Source of the DNA: Candidatus Aenigmatarchaeota archaeon
Lineage (GTDB): Archaea; Aenigmatarchaeota; Aenigmatarchaeia; CG10238-14; SCSR01
Length of the DNA: 64,000 nucleotides
Direction of reading: 5' to 3'
Assembly: GCA_038998335.1 (NCBI GenBank)
Contig: JAVZHQ010000002.1
Span: 32,001 to 96,000 of the forward strand
The notes beneath the pieces were generated by a model. That model worked only from the letters and a program-made list of their open reading frames with translations. It was not told where the DNA came from and searched no databases. This document shows positions 8,882 through 19,241 of the stretch, one piece after another. Within the stretch, counting starts at the first letter, position 1. Each line of letters opens with the position of its first letter. The translations under genes were made by a program, and so were the position numbers.

Positions 8882-10627
8882 GTGGTCAACATGATAAGAA
8901 GCCCTATAATAGTATGCGTAGGTCATATAGACCATGGAAAAACAACTTTGTTAGATTGTATAAGAGGTACAACTGTAACTAAGCTTGAGCCTGGGATGAT
9001 TACTCAGCATGCAGGAGCAAGTTATGTACCAATAGAAACTGTTCAAAAAATTTGTGGTGATTTGCTTCAAAAATTGAAAGTAAAGCTTGTTGTTCCTGGT
9101 TTGTTATTTCTTGACACTCCAGGACATGCGGCCTTCATAACCTTGAGAAAAAGAGGAGGAGCAGTTTCAGACCTAGCAATTTTAGTTGTTGATATAACAG
9201 AAGGATTTCAAGAGCAAACTGACGAAAGTCTAAAAGTTTTAAAAGAATTTAAAACTCCATTTGTTGTAGCAGCAACAAAAATTGATAAAATTCCTGGCTG
9301 GACTCCTGTTAAAAATTCCTGTTTTACAGAAAGTTTTAAAAGACAAAGCGAAACGGTAAAGGATGAAATAGAGAAAAGAGTTTATACTATAATCGCTCAA
9401 CTTTCTGAAAGAGGTTTTAACTCAGAAAGGTTCGATAGGGTAGAAGATTTTAGGAAGCAAGTAGCTATAGTTCCTTGCTCAGGAATAACTGGTGAAGGAA
9501 TTCCTGAATTGCTAGTTGTTCTTGCTGGCTTAGCCCAACACTTTCTTAAGGATAGACTTGAACTTTCAAGTATTGCAAAAGGGGTAGTTTTGGAAGTTAA
9601 AGAAACTGTAGGTTTTGGTATAACTATTGATGCTATCCTTTATGATGGAAGAGTTAAGAAAGGAGATTTTTTGGTTGTTGGTGGAAAAGAACCGGTAGTC
9701 ACAAAAATTAGAGCCTTATTAAGACCTAAACCATTGAGAGAGTTAAGAGTTGAAAAACAGTTTGAAAGCGTTGAAGAAGTAAGTGCAGCTGCTGGAATTA
9801 AAATTGCAGCTCCAAACTTAGAAAAAGTTATTGCTGGTTCACCGATAAGGTTTGTTAGTTCTGAAGAAGAAATAGAAAAAGCAAAAGCTGAAGTTCAAAG
9901 AGAAGTTGAAGAAGTTGAGTTTCTTAAACAAGTAGATGGGGTTATAATCAAGGCTGATACCCTTGGAAGCTTAGAAGCTATGATAAAAATTTTAACTGAA
10001 GAAAAAATTCCTATAAGGAAAGCAGAAGTTGGACATGTTACTAAACAAGATGTTATAGAAGCTCAAAATGTTTCAGACGAATTTAGAAAGGTGATTCTTG
10101 CTTTTAACGTAAAAATTTTAGAGGAAGCTAAAAGTCTTGCAAAAGATTTAGGAATAGAAATATTCCAGAACAATATAATTTACCGGTTAATAGAAGATTA
10201 CAAACAATGGTTTGAGAAGAAAAAGGAATTGAAAATAAAAGAAAAGATGGAAAAGCTTGTTTGGCCTGGGAAGATAAAAATTCTTCCTGGTTATGTTTTT
10301 AGAGTGAGCAAGCCAGCTATTTTTGGGGTTGAAGTTTTAGCAGGAAAAATTAAACCAAAGGTTTTGCTTGTTAATAAAGAAGGAAAAGAAATCGGTGAAA
10401 TAAAAGAAATCCAGAGAGAAATGCAAACTATAAGTGAAGCTAAAGCTGGAGATAAAGTTGCTATAAGTATGGAAGAACCAACAGTAGGAAGGCAAATACA
10501 CGAGGGAGAAATACTTTATGTGAAAATTCCCGAATCTGATCTAAAAGAAATTTTGACAGAATTTAAGAATCAACTTACAGAAGCTGACTTGAAAGTTATA
10601 GAAGAAATAAAAGAAATCTTATCTTAA
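8882..10627 (+). CDS. infB: Translation initiation factor aIF5B (IF-2)
   Basis: GHIDHGKTT, ITQHAGA, DTPGHAAF, TKID, IKADTLGSLEA. Alternative ATG at 8891. Confidence 0.97.
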   Translation: MVNMIRSPIIVCVGHIDHGKTTLLDCIRGTTVTKLEPGMITQHAGASYVPIETVQKICGDLLQKLKVKLVVPGLLFLDTPGHAAFITLRKRGGAVSDLAILVVDITEGFQEQTDESLKVLKEFKTPFVVAATKIDKIPGWTPVKNSCFTESFKRQSETVKDEIEKRVYTIIAQLSERGFNSERFDRVEDFRKQVAIVPCSGITGEGIPELLVVLAGLAQHFLKDRLELSSIAKGVVLEVKETVGFGITIDAILYDGRVKKGDFLVVGGKEPVVTKIRALLRPKPLRELRVEKQFESVEEVSAAAGIKIAAPNLEKVIAGSPIRFVSSEEEIEKAKAEVQREVEEVEFLKQVDGVIIKADTLGSLEAMIKILTEEKIPIRKAEVGHVTKQDVIEAQNVSDEFRKVILAFNVKILEEAKSLAKDLGIEIFQNNIIYRLIEDYKQWFEKKKELKIKEKMEKLVWPGKIKILPGYVFRVSKPAIFGVEVLAGKIKPKVLLVNKEGKEIGEIKEIQREMQTISEAKAGDKVAISMEEPTVGRQIHEGEILYVKIPESDLKEILTEFKNQLTEADLKVIEEIKEILS

Positions 10628-11248
10628 ATTTTTCTTTTTAGGCAAAACTAAGAAACCTATAATGCCCCCAATAATTCCACCAAAATGTGCAAATTCACTT
10701 ATGTTGTTTGGAAAATAGTACCAAAGGAGAAATATGTCAAGGAGAATATAAAATAGAACTCCTACAAAAAGCGGAACTTTAAAATTTTTAAGAGTAAAGA
10801 AAATGAAAGGTAAAGCTACTATATTTAAAAGAGGGACAAGCAAAACCGGGATTTCTTCCCATCCTGCTATTGCTCCTGCAAGAAAAATCAAGCCAAAAAT
10901 GCATGCAGAAGAACCTACCGCTAAAACAAATTGGTTTGTTAGAAATTGGATTAGAAAAAGAAAGGGTAAAGCAAAAAATCCTGAAAAAAAGTAGAAGAAA
11001 GCTAAGTTTAAACTTCCTATTTTACTTTCAACAACTGCACCTAAAGCAAGGAAGATTAGCATGTTAATTATAAGATGAATTAAGCCTGTATGAAGAAACA
11101 TGTGAGTAATTAAAGTGTAAGGTTTTGTTTGAAGATTTTCAAGGGCTAAGCCAAACTCACTTATAATATAAGGTTTATTGAAAGTAAGTAAGTAGACTGC
11201 CAAATTTATTATAAAAATTGTGTAAGTAGCTGCGGGGAACTTTTCCAT
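10619..11248 (-). CDS. Rhomboid family intramembrane serine protease
   Basis: HMFLH...HLIINM, catalytic GSSA and AHFGG motifs. Start moved to ATG 11248 (MEKFP). Confidence 0.9.
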   Translation of the reverse strand: MEKFPAATYTIFIINLAVYLLTFNKPYIISEFGLALENLQTKPYTLITHMFLHTGLIHLIINMLIFLALGAVVESKIGSLNLAFFYFFSGFFALPFLFLIQFLTNQFVLAVGSSACIFGLIFLAGAIAGWEEIPVLLVPLLNIVALPFIFFTLKNFKVPLFVGVLFYILLDIFLLWYYFPNNISEFAHFGGIIGGIIGFLVLPKKKNLR

Positions 11249-11325
11249 ACAATATAAGTTTAGTTGGTTAAAATAAATTTTTATAAAAGTTATTTTTTTA
11301 TAAGACAAATTCATTATAGATACAA

Positions 11326-11652
11326 ATGGCTATAGAGCTTCCTTATCTTGAGTTCTTGGTTGTTTTAAGTATAATTTCTATAGTTTATGTTGTAGTTATC
11401 TTAGTTCTTGTTTGGGAGTTAAGGAAAGCTATAAAAAAGATAATAGTCACGAGTAAAAAAATACTAGAAGAAGATATAGTTTCGACTTTAATTTTATGGA
11501 GTTATGAAAAGCTTAAAGCTGGGGTTCCTGAAGAAGAATTAAAAAATATTTTGCTTAAGTCAACTGTTACTAGAGCTGATGAAATTTTAGAAAAAGCAAA
11601 AGATTTGCTTTCTAGAACTATAGAAACAAAAAGTGTCTTTTCTAAAGAATAA
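11326..11652 (+). CDS. Hypothetical protein with N-terminal TM helix
   Basis: 108 aa; TM followed by a small helical domain. Confidence 0.6.
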   Translation: MAIELPYLEFLVVLSIISIVYVVVILVLVWELRKAIKKIIVTSKKILEEDIVSTLILWSYEKLKAGVPEEELKNILLKSTVTRADEILEKAKDLLSRTIETKSVFSKE

Positions 11653-12400
11653 ATTTTTCGATTTTTCCGATATAGGTTCCGTCTAGCAAATAGGCTTCGC
11701 ATTTTCTTATATCAAGAAAATTATTAGCAAGAATTGGGCCAATAAGTTCTTTATCTGCTATTTTATTAATTGCAATTCCGCCCAGAAGTTTGTTGAAAGT
11801 TGGAAAAATTATAATTTCTAATTTACCTACCTTTTCTAAGTTATACTTTTCTTTTACAAGTTTTTTGTTAAGCTCTCCTTTTACCCAAACTTGTTCTATA
11901 CTTCTATACCCTAAGCTGTCCTTAAATTCTACACAAGGATGAACATGCCCCATAAAAAGGTAATCGCACAGCATTAAATTTTTAGAAGGCCATGCATGAC
12001 CGTGAAAAAAACCATATTTTCCAAGTTTAAGGCCTTTTGAAGAATAAACCTTTACTTCTTTTGGAAGTATTGAAGAAATATTGTCGTCATGATTTCCTCT
12101 TACACAAATCACTTTAACTTTTTTAATTAAATGAAAGAAGAGTTTTGGGATTTCTTTAATTTCTCTAAAGCTTATACCGGGAACTTTATGTTTGACGTCG
12201 CCAAGAATCAAAAGAGTTTTTACTTTTGTTTTTTCCAAAAGAAAATCAATCATATTCTTGAACTTTTCGGCCTGTGAAGGAATAATTATTCCAGACTTAA
12301 AAAGTTCGTGCTCTAAACCCAAATGTAAATCTGCTATAACTAATACTTTTTCTTTTTTGATAAAAAGGGCTGGATAATCTCGAATAAACCTTATTTTCAT
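11642..12400 (-). CDS. Calcineurin-like metallophosphoesterase (COG1407/ICC-like)
   Basis: ADLHLG, LGDVKH, RGNHD, HGH and GHVHP motifs. Confidence 0.9.
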   Translation of the reverse strand: MKIRFIRDYPALFIKKEKVLVIADLHLGLEHELFKSGIIIPSQAEKFKNMIDFLLEKTKVKTLLILGDVKHKVPGISFREIKEIPKLFFHLIKKVKVICVRGNHDDNISSILPKEVKVYSSKGLKLGKYGFFHGHAWPSKNLMLCDYLFMGHVHPCVEFKDSLGYRSIEQVWVKGELNKKLVKEKYNLEKVGKLEIIIFPTFNKLLGGIAINKIADKELIGPILANNFLDIRKCEAYLLDGTYIGKIEKFIL

Positions 12401-12455
12401 AATTCACTATAAGGAGTAAAATATATTTTTATTTTAACAGCTATAAAACTAAACT

Positions 12456-13958
12456 ATGCAAGAAGTTGGAACTGTAATTTCAACACCAGAAGCAAGCAGC
12501 ACAAGGTTTTCCTTTGTTATAAACCAGGAAAAAAACCTAGTTTTAAGGAAAGGTCAATTTGTTCAGTTAGAAACAGAGGAAGGTTTGTTAATAGCGAGAG
12601 TTTCAGAAATTTTTAAGACTAATCGCTACTTCACAAGAGCAGAGTCTGTTAGGGAATATGAAAGGTCTGGAAAGCTTTTACCAGAATTTTTTCCTGTAGA
12701 AAGGTGGGAATATTTAGTTGCAGACGCTATTCCTTTGGGAATTCTTTTTAACGAAACACAAAAAAGGGTTACTTTCCCTCCTTCACCAGGTTTAAAAGTT
12801 TTTCTAGCGGAAAGTGAGGTGCTAACTAAATTTTTAGGTTTAGACGAGAACGGACTTAACATTGGTGAAATAGAATTTCATAACTTACAAGCAAAAATAA
12901 ACTTAACGAGACTTTTCCAAAAACATTGCTCGATTCTCGCTCAAACAGGAGCAGGAAAAAGCTACTTAGTTAGTTGCTTGATAGAAGAAATTTTGGACAG
13001 GAAGGATGAGCTAGGGAAGCCAGCGATAATAGTTATAGACCCGCATGGCGAATATTTAGGTTTTGGTGAAGATGAAAAATATTTAACAAAAACAAAAATT
13101 TTTGATGAGAATACTTTAAAAATAGCTACTCATGAACTTTCTGCAAACCAAATTTGTGAATTGCAACCATTTATTTCTCCTGCTGAAAAAAGAGAATTAG
13201 CAAGAGTAATAGAAAATTTGAGAGAAGAAAAAATTGCTTATGATATGAATGATTTGATCGCTGCAATAGAAATTAGCGACATCAAGCCAAACGTTAAAGC
13301 TCCTTTGGTTTCCTGGCTTAATGACTTAAACTCTACAAACCTTTTTAGTAATGTTACAAGGCCAAGTATAGAGGAACTAGCAAAAAGTGGACAATTAAGT
13401 ATTATAGATTTGTCAAACTTTGTTCACTTGAGGGATAAACAGATAATAGTAACTTTTATAGCAAGAAAGTTATTTGAAGCAAGGAGGTCAAATCAAATTC
13501 CCCCATTCATTCTTTTTATAGAAGAAAGTCATCAGTTTTCTCCAGAAAGAGAAGAAAAGTTTCAAGCAATTTCAAAAAATATAATAGAAACTATAGCAAG
13601 AGAAGGAAGGAAATTTAATGCTTCCTTAGTTCTAATTTCTCAAAGGCCTATACAGCTAAGCGTTACAGCTTTAAGCCAGTGCAACACTTCAATACTCTTA
13701 AGAATTGTTAACCCTTATGATATAAAGCATGTTTCAGAATCTTGCGAGGCAATAAGCTCTGATATAATGGAGATGCTTCCTGGTTTAAAAGTTGGTGAAG
13801 CAATAATAACAGGAGCTGCTGTCAATTATCCCATAATTGTAAGGATAAGGAGGAGAAAAAGCAAGGAATCACCAAAAATTGGAATGAAGTTGGAAGAAGC
13901 GATACTTAAGTATGAGGAAGAGAAAAAGCAAAAGATTGAAGATTTAAAAGCATTCTAG
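12456..13958 (+). CDS. herA: HerA-family bipolar helicase/ATPase
   Basis: N-terminal HAS-barrel-like region, AQTGAGKS, IDPHGEY, EESHQF, AREGRKF, SQRP. Adjacent to rad50/mre11. Confidence 0.9.
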   Translation: MQEVGTVISTPEASSTRFSFVINQEKNLVLRKGQFVQLETEEGLLIARVSEIFKTNRYFTRAESVREYERSGKLLPEFFPVERWEYLVADAIPLGILFNETQKRVTFPPSPGLKVFLAESEVLTKFLGLDENGLNIGEIEFHNLQAKINLTRLFQKHCSILAQTGAGKSYLVSCLIEEILDRKDELGKPAIIVIDPHGEYLGFGEDEKYLTKTKIFDENTLKIATHELSANQICELQPFISPAEKRELARVIENLREEKIAYDMNDLIAAIEISDIKPNVKAPLVSWLNDLNSTNLFSNVTRPSIEELAKSGQLSIIDLSNFVHLRDKQIIVTFIARKLFEARRSNQIPPFILFIEESHQFSPEREEKFQAISKNIIETIAREGRKFNASLVLISQRPIQLSVTALSQCNTSILLRIVNPYDIKHVSESCEAISSDIMEMLPGLKVGEAIITGAAVNYPIIVRIRRRKSKESPKIGMKLEEAILKYEEEKKQKIEDLKAF

Positions 13959-16318
13959 CTTACTGCTATAACCTTAGTTGGTTCGTCTTTTTCCTTATCC
14001 CTTTCTAACCTGTAAAGATAGCCGGTAACAGCATCTTCAAGCCTTTCTTCGTGAGAAATAAGAAAGACTTGATCAACAAGTTCGCCAACTCTTGTTTTAA
14101 GAGTCAAAGCTAAATCTTCCACAGCCTTTGCATCAAGGTTGTGTGTGGGTTCGTCTAAAACAAGCCACCTTAGTTGAGGAGCTAAAACTCTAGCAAAAGC
14201 AATTCTCAAAGCCAAACAAGCTACACTTCTCTCGCCACCAGAAGCAATTCCATCTGCATTTATAAATCTTCCAGTTCTGTCTTTAAGTTGAAGAACATAA
14301 TCTCCTTCTTCTATGTTGAGTTTAATTTCTATGTAATCTCTATAAGGATAAAGTGTAGGCCAAAGTCTATTCATCTCATAATTTACTGCCTCAACAAACT
14401 CTTTTCTCATTTCTTCTTGAGTAAATTTTAAAGCTAACTCAAAAATCTTTAAGTCGTTTATGATTTTTTCAAGCTTTTTAACCTCTTCCATTTCTTTAAC
14501 TACAAAATTAAATTCATTTTCATATTCTTTCAACCTTTCTTCTTTTTCTTTTTCCAATTTTTCTAATCCAAGAATTTTTTCTTCCAATTCTTTTTCTTTC
14601 ACAAAAACTTCTCTTAATTCTTTTTCTTTTTCTTCAAGATTTCTTCCAGAAATCTTTTCTTCCACTTCAGAAATTTTAGTTTCTAAACGCTTAGCTTCTT
14701 TCATAAGTTCGTTTAATCTCTCTTTTCTTTCTTCATAATCTTTAAACCTATACCTTATAATTTCTAATTCTTGCAGAATTTCTCTAAGTTGTTTTACAGA
14801 TTTTTCTGTTTCTTCGATTTCAACCTTGAGCTTAGAATAAACTTTTTCGTTTTCTTCAATTTCTTTATTCAAATCTCTTGAATCCGTTAATAAGCTATTA
14901 TATTCCTTCTTTTTTTCTTCCAAATCTTTTATCTCTTCTAGCATTTTTTCAACTTTTCTTTTAATTTTCTCGATTTCTTCAAGCTCTTTCTCGTTTGCAG
15001 TTTTATTTTTTATCGCTTCCTCTAGTTTCTTCCTCAGTTCTTCTATTTTTCTTTCTCTTTCTCTTACGAGCAAATCCTTTTTTTCTTGAGTTAAAACAGA
15101 ATCACAAACTGGGCATTTTCCTCCAGCCGAAGAAAGTTTTTCCACACTTTCTTCCAAATCTTTTAACTTACTTTCAAACTCTTTAGCTTCTTCCAAGTAT
15201 TTTTCATTTAACGATTTTTTATTCCTGATTTTTTCTTCTAACTCTTCTAAAGAAAAACCTAAGCTTTCAAGCTCTTCTTTGACTTTGAGTTTATTTTCAA
15301 CCTCTACTCCAAGTTTCTCCATTTCTTTTTTTAGAAGATTGATTTTTGCCTTAGCTTCTGAAAGAGAATTCCCAATCTTTTCGTAATAGCTTCTCTTTTC
15401 CCTTAAACTTTCTTCTAATTCCTTCAACTTTATTTTCATTTTTTCGATTTCTTTTTCTACTTCTTCCTTACTTCTGCCTTTCAAAATTTCTTCCAAACTC
15501 TTAAGATTCTTTGTAGTTTCATCTACTGCGCTGTTTATTCCTTTTTCTTCTTTTCTCAAGTTTTCTAGAAGTTTTTCTAACTCTCCTAATTCTTTAACTT
15601 CCTCTTCCAAACTTTTTTTCTTGCTAAGCACTTCTTCAAAACTCTTTTTTAGTTCTTTTTTTTCAGAAGAAATCTGAATCAAAGAAGATTTTATTTCAGA
15701 AATGCTTTTCTTTAAATTTTCTAAATCTATTGACTCTATTATTTTCTGTTTCTCACTCTTTCTATCCAAAAGCCTGTTTGTTAGAGTTTTTGTGTTTGCT
15801 CTTGCTTCCTCAAACTTGTTTATCATCAAAAGTTCGTCTATCTTTTTCATTCTTTGGCCTTTTGGAATTGTTAGGAAATAGTCTAAAGCATTTTGTTCAG
15901 AGTAAATTGCTCTTGTAAAAAGGTCATAATCAACTTTCAAAATTTTTTCTATAGTTTCTGTTACTCTTTGTGAGTTTGGTCCTTCCAAAAGTTTTCCTTC
16001 TTCCCTTAATTCAGAATAAGTTGTTCCTTTTCCTTTCTCGATAATTCTTTTTACAGAGTATGTTTTACCGTTAGCTTCAAAGAAAACTTCTACTTCGGCT
16101 TTATTTTTTTCTGTAGGTTTGTTCATTATAATTTCATCAAGTTTAATTTTTTTACTCTGTAAATCAGGGAAATTTCCAAAAAGAGCGAAGCATATAGCAT
16201 TTAAAACAGAAGTTTTCCCGCTTCCCATTCCCCCGAACAAAGCGTTAGTTCCTTTTGAGAACCTAAACTCAGACTCTAGATGAGAACGCCAATTCTTAAG
16301 CCTAACTTTTGTTATCAT
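13955..16318 (-). CDS. rad50: DNA double-strand break repair ATPase Rad50
   Basis: GGMGSGKTS Walker A, long coiled coil with CPVC zinc hook, SGGE signature, LDEPT. ATG at 16318 overlaps the mre11 stop. Confidence 0.95.
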   Translation of the reverse strand: MITKVRLKNWRSHLESEFRFSKGTNALFGGMGSGKTSVLNAICFALFGNFPDLQSKKIKLDEIIMNKPTEKNKAEVEVFFEANGKTYSVKRIIEKGKGTTYSELREEGKLLEGPNSQRVTETIEKILKVDYDLFTRAIYSEQNALDYFLTIPKGQRMKKIDELLMINKFEEARANTKTLTNRLLDRKSEKQKIIESIDLENLKKSISEIKSSLIQISSEKKELKKSFEEVLSKKKSLEEEVKELGELEKLLENLRKEEKGINSAVDETTKNLKSLEEILKGRSKEEVEKEIEKMKIKLKELEESLREKRSYYEKIGNSLSEAKAKINLLKKEMEKLGVEVENKLKVKEELESLGFSLEELEEKIRNKKSLNEKYLEEAKEFESKLKDLEESVEKLSSAGGKCPVCDSVLTQEKKDLLVRERERKIEELRKKLEEAIKNKTANEKELEEIEKIKRKVEKMLEEIKDLEEKKKEYNSLLTDSRDLNKEIEENEKVYSKLKVEIEETEKSVKQLREILQELEIIRYRFKDYEERKERLNELMKEAKRLETKISEVEEKISGRNLEEKEKELREVFVKEKELEEKILGLEKLEKEKEERLKEYENEFNFVVKEMEEVKKLEKIINDLKIFELALKFTQEEMRKEFVEAVNYEMNRLWPTLYPYRDYIEIKLNIEEGDYVLQLKDRTGRFINADGIASGGERSVACLALRIAFARVLAPQLRWLVLDEPTHNLDAKAVEDLALTLKTRVGELVDQVFLISHEERLEDAVTGYLYRLERDKEKDEPTKVIAVS

Positions 16319-17592
16319 TATTTCACCCATTTTTCTAAACCTTTTTGTCTTTCTAAAGATTTTTTCAAATCTTTTTCTAAAGTTAATTGTTCACCAATCA
16401 AAATGTTAAAAGCTTTTTCTATTTCGCCTTCACTTAAAATACTAAAAAATTTTTCAAAGTCATAGGTAAAGCTGAACCCAAGCTCTTCTAAATTCTTTCT
16501 TAAAATGTTTAGGCCAATTTCTTCTACAGAAAGCCTTTGTTCTCTTAAATCTCTTAAAAACTCTATTTTTCTCTCTACTTCTTTAGTTTCTAGCTCTTTG
16601 ACAAGAATTATTACAGCTCTTTCAGAAAACTTTTTCTCTATTTCTCTTAACTCTTGGTCTGAAATTTCTGTTTCTTTTCCTATAACTTTTATTCTAATTA
16701 AAGGTTTTTTCAGAAAATTTTTATCGAGAATTTTTTTAATCAAACTTTCAATTTTTTCTCTTCCCCCACATTCCAAATTAATTTCCTCATAGAAAAACCT
16801 TCTAATTTTTTCAAGCTTTTCAAAAGTAACTTTAATTTTTTCATCAATTTCAATTTTGAAAAAACCTTTTTCACTCAAAGCCTCATTTTTTTCATATTGT
16901 GTAACTATCGTACTTCCTGGAAAAAGTAAAAGAGTGTTATTTACTTTTTCCTGAGCAGAAGAGTGAACGTGCCCATCTATTATAACATCAAAACCTTTTG
17001 GAAGATTAGAAACACTTAAGCTTGGTGGTTCAAGGGGAGAATAAACATAAGGAGAAATGTTTTGATGTAAAAGCAAGATGTTAAAACAATTTTCTAAAGG
17101 TTTTGGATTCCATAGGTTTAAAACCTCTTTTGCAAACCTTTCGGGCACACCAGACATTCCATGAATCGCTACCCTTTTTCCTTCTTTTTCAAAAACTATT
17201 GTATGCTTATGTAAATGAATTAGAATTCCAGCATTTTCCAGAACTTCTACAGCATTTATCTCATCTTTTCCTTTTCTTTCATGAGTACCGTGAATTGCTA
17301 CTATTGGTAAATGAGATAAAGTCCTTTTTGAAATATCTTTCAATTCTTTTGAGGAAGAGATAAGTTTTAAGCCAGAAGACTCTTTGAGTAAAGGTTTAGT
17401 TAAAATTTTCATGGCTCTTGCCCAAGTGTCTGGCCTTGGTATTCTTGTATCAAAGATATCGCCAGCTATTAAAATTAAGTCACAATCTAGAGCTTTTTCT
17501 ATAGCTTCTTCTGCATTTTCAAAACTATCGTTTTCAAGCTCTGAGTTGTAGGCAAAGCCAAAATGAAAATCTGAAAGCACTGCTATTTTCAT
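16318..17592 (-). CDS. mre11: Mre11 DNA repair nuclease
   Basis: SDFHFG, AGDIFD, HGTHE, LLHQ, GHVH, FPGS. Directly upstream of rad50. Confidence 0.93.
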   Translation of the reverse strand: MKIAVLSDFHFGFAYNSELENDSFENAEEAIEKALDCDLILIAGDIFDTRIPRPDTWARAMKILTKPLLKESSGLKLISSSKELKDISKRTLSHLPIVAIHGTHERKGKDEINAVEVLENAGILIHLHKHTIVFEKEGKRVAIHGMSGVPERFAKEVLNLWNPKPLENCFNILLLHQNISPYVYSPLEPPSLSVSNLPKGFDVIIDGHVHSSAQEKVNNTLLLFPGSTIVTQYEKNEALSEKGFFKIEIDEKIKVTFEKLEKIRRFFYEEINLECGGREKIESLIKKILDKNFLKKPLIRIKVIGKETEISDQELREIEKKFSERAVIILVKELETKEVERKIEFLRDLREQRLSVEEIGLNILRKNLEELGFSFTYDFEKFFSILSEGEIEKAFNILIGEQLTLEKDLKKSLERQKGLEKWVK

Positions 17593-17734
17593 TTTTATCT
17601 ATTTAACTAATCTTTGCTAACTTATAAAAGTTTTTAAGTATTGCAATTAAATATTTAAAAGTGGAGCAAATGGGCGATTCACTTCCAAGCTGAAAAACTA
17701 ATTCTTTTATCCACAAATTTTATTAGGTGGGAAA

Positions 17735-19180
17735 GTGGCTGAACAAGAAGGTATAACAGTAAAGAAAAATGAAAATTTTTCTGAGTGGTATACCCAAGTT
17801 GTGTTAAAATCGAAGTTAGCTGATTATGGACCTGTTCAAGGGACAATTGTTTTCAGGGAATACTCTTATGAAATCTGGGAAAAGATTCAATCGATTTTTG
17901 ATAAAATGATTAAAAACACTGGACATAAAAATGCTTACTTTCCTTTATTAATTCCTGAAAGTTTTCTCAAGAAAGAAGCTGAGCATTTTAAAGGCTTTGT
18001 TCCAGAAGTTTTTTGGGTAACTCATGCAGGTGATGATAAGCTTGGTGAAAGACTAGCTATTAGACCTACATCAGAAACTATAATCTACTATTTTTTCTCT
18101 AGGTGGATAAGAAGTTGGCGCGATTTACCTGTTTTATTAAATCAATGGTGTAACATCTTAAGGGCTGAAATAAAATCCACTAAACCTTTTATCAGAACTT
18201 CGGAATTCTTGTGGCAAGAAGGCCACACAGCACATGCAACAAAAGAGGAAGCAGACAAGGAAGTTATGCTCATCTTAAATTTCTATAAAGATTTGATTGA
18301 AAATTATTTAGCAATTCCTGTATTGGTTGGTAAAAAAACAGAAAGAGAAAAGTTTGCTGGAGCTCTGTATACAACAACACTCGAAGCAATAATGCCTGAC
18401 GGTAAAGCTTTGCAGATGGGAACTTCCCATAACTTAGGGCAAAACTTCTCCAAACCTTTTGAAATAAAATTTATGGATAAAGACAAAAAGGAAAAGTATG
18501 TTTGGACAACTTCTTGGGGAATAGCTACTCGTTTAATCGGGGCAATTATTATGGCTCATGGTGATGACAAAGGTTTAATAATTCCTCCAAAAGTTGCTCC
18601 TTATAAAGTAGTTATAGTTCCCATTTATTACAAAGAAAAAGAGAAGGAAAAAATAATGAAGAAATGTAGCGAAGTTCAGGAGATTTTACAGAGAAATAGT
18701 ATTGAGACTATTTTTGACAAAAGAGAAGAGTATACTCCTGGTTGGAAGTTTAACGAATGGGAGCTTAAAGGTATACCTTTAAGAATCGAAATAGGGCCAA
18801 AGGATGTTGAGAAAAAGCAAATAGTTTTGGTAAGAAGAGATACAAACGAGAAAATTGTAGCAAAAGAAAAGGAAATAGTAGAAAAAACTCTTTATCTTTT
18901 GGAAGAAATTCAAAAAAATCTTTTTAAAAAAGCAAAGAAGTTTCTTGAAGAGCATATAACAACAGTAAAAGATTACAAAGAATTTAAAGAAAAGTTAGAA
19001 GAAAAAGGTGGTTTCATAAGAGCTTGCTGGTGTGAAAGTGAAGAGTGTGAAGCAAAAATCAAAGAAGAAACTGGTGCAACTATCAGGCTAATACCTTTTG
19101 AAAAAGAAAAGATTTTTTCAAGTTGTGTTTATTGCGGTAAAAAAGCAAAGAAAGTTGCTTACTTTGCAAAATCTTATTAG
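17735..19180 (+). CDS. proS: Proline--tRNA ligase (archaeal/eukaryal type)
   Basis: FSEWY, RPTSETII, EFLWQEGHT, GTSHNLGQNF, C-terminal Zn motif ending AKSY. Confidence 0.97.
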   Translation: MAEQEGITVKKNENFSEWYTQVVLKSKLADYGPVQGTIVFREYSYEIWEKIQSIFDKMIKNTGHKNAYFPLLIPESFLKKEAEHFKGFVPEVFWVTHAGDDKLGERLAIRPTSETIIYYFFSRWIRSWRDLPVLLNQWCNILRAEIKSTKPFIRTSEFLWQEGHTAHATKEEADKEVMLILNFYKDLIENYLAIPVLVGKKTEREKFAGALYTTTLEAIMPDGKALQMGTSHNLGQNFSKPFEIKFMDKDKKEKYVWTTSWGIATRLIGAIIMAHGDDKGLIIPPKVAPYKVVIVPIYYKEKEKEKIMKKCSEVQEILQRNSIETIFDKREEYTPGWKFNEWELKGIPLRIEIGPKDVEKKQIVLVRRDTNEKIVAKEKEIVEKTLYLLEEIQKNLFKKAKKFLEEHITTVKDYKEFKEKLEEKGGFIRACWCESEECEAKIKEETGATIRLIPFEKEKIFSSCVYCGKKAKKVAYFAKSY

Positions 19181-19241
19181 TTTAATGAATTATATTAACC
19201 TCTTTACTTCTAACATACTCTTCAGGTTGGCTGCTATTACT

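Noticed and set aside
17671-17693. TTCACTTCC shared with 48147..48155, plus a CTGA box suggesting an sRNA or operator
   Set aside because: A 9-bp match is expected by chance in 64 kb, and there is no C box.
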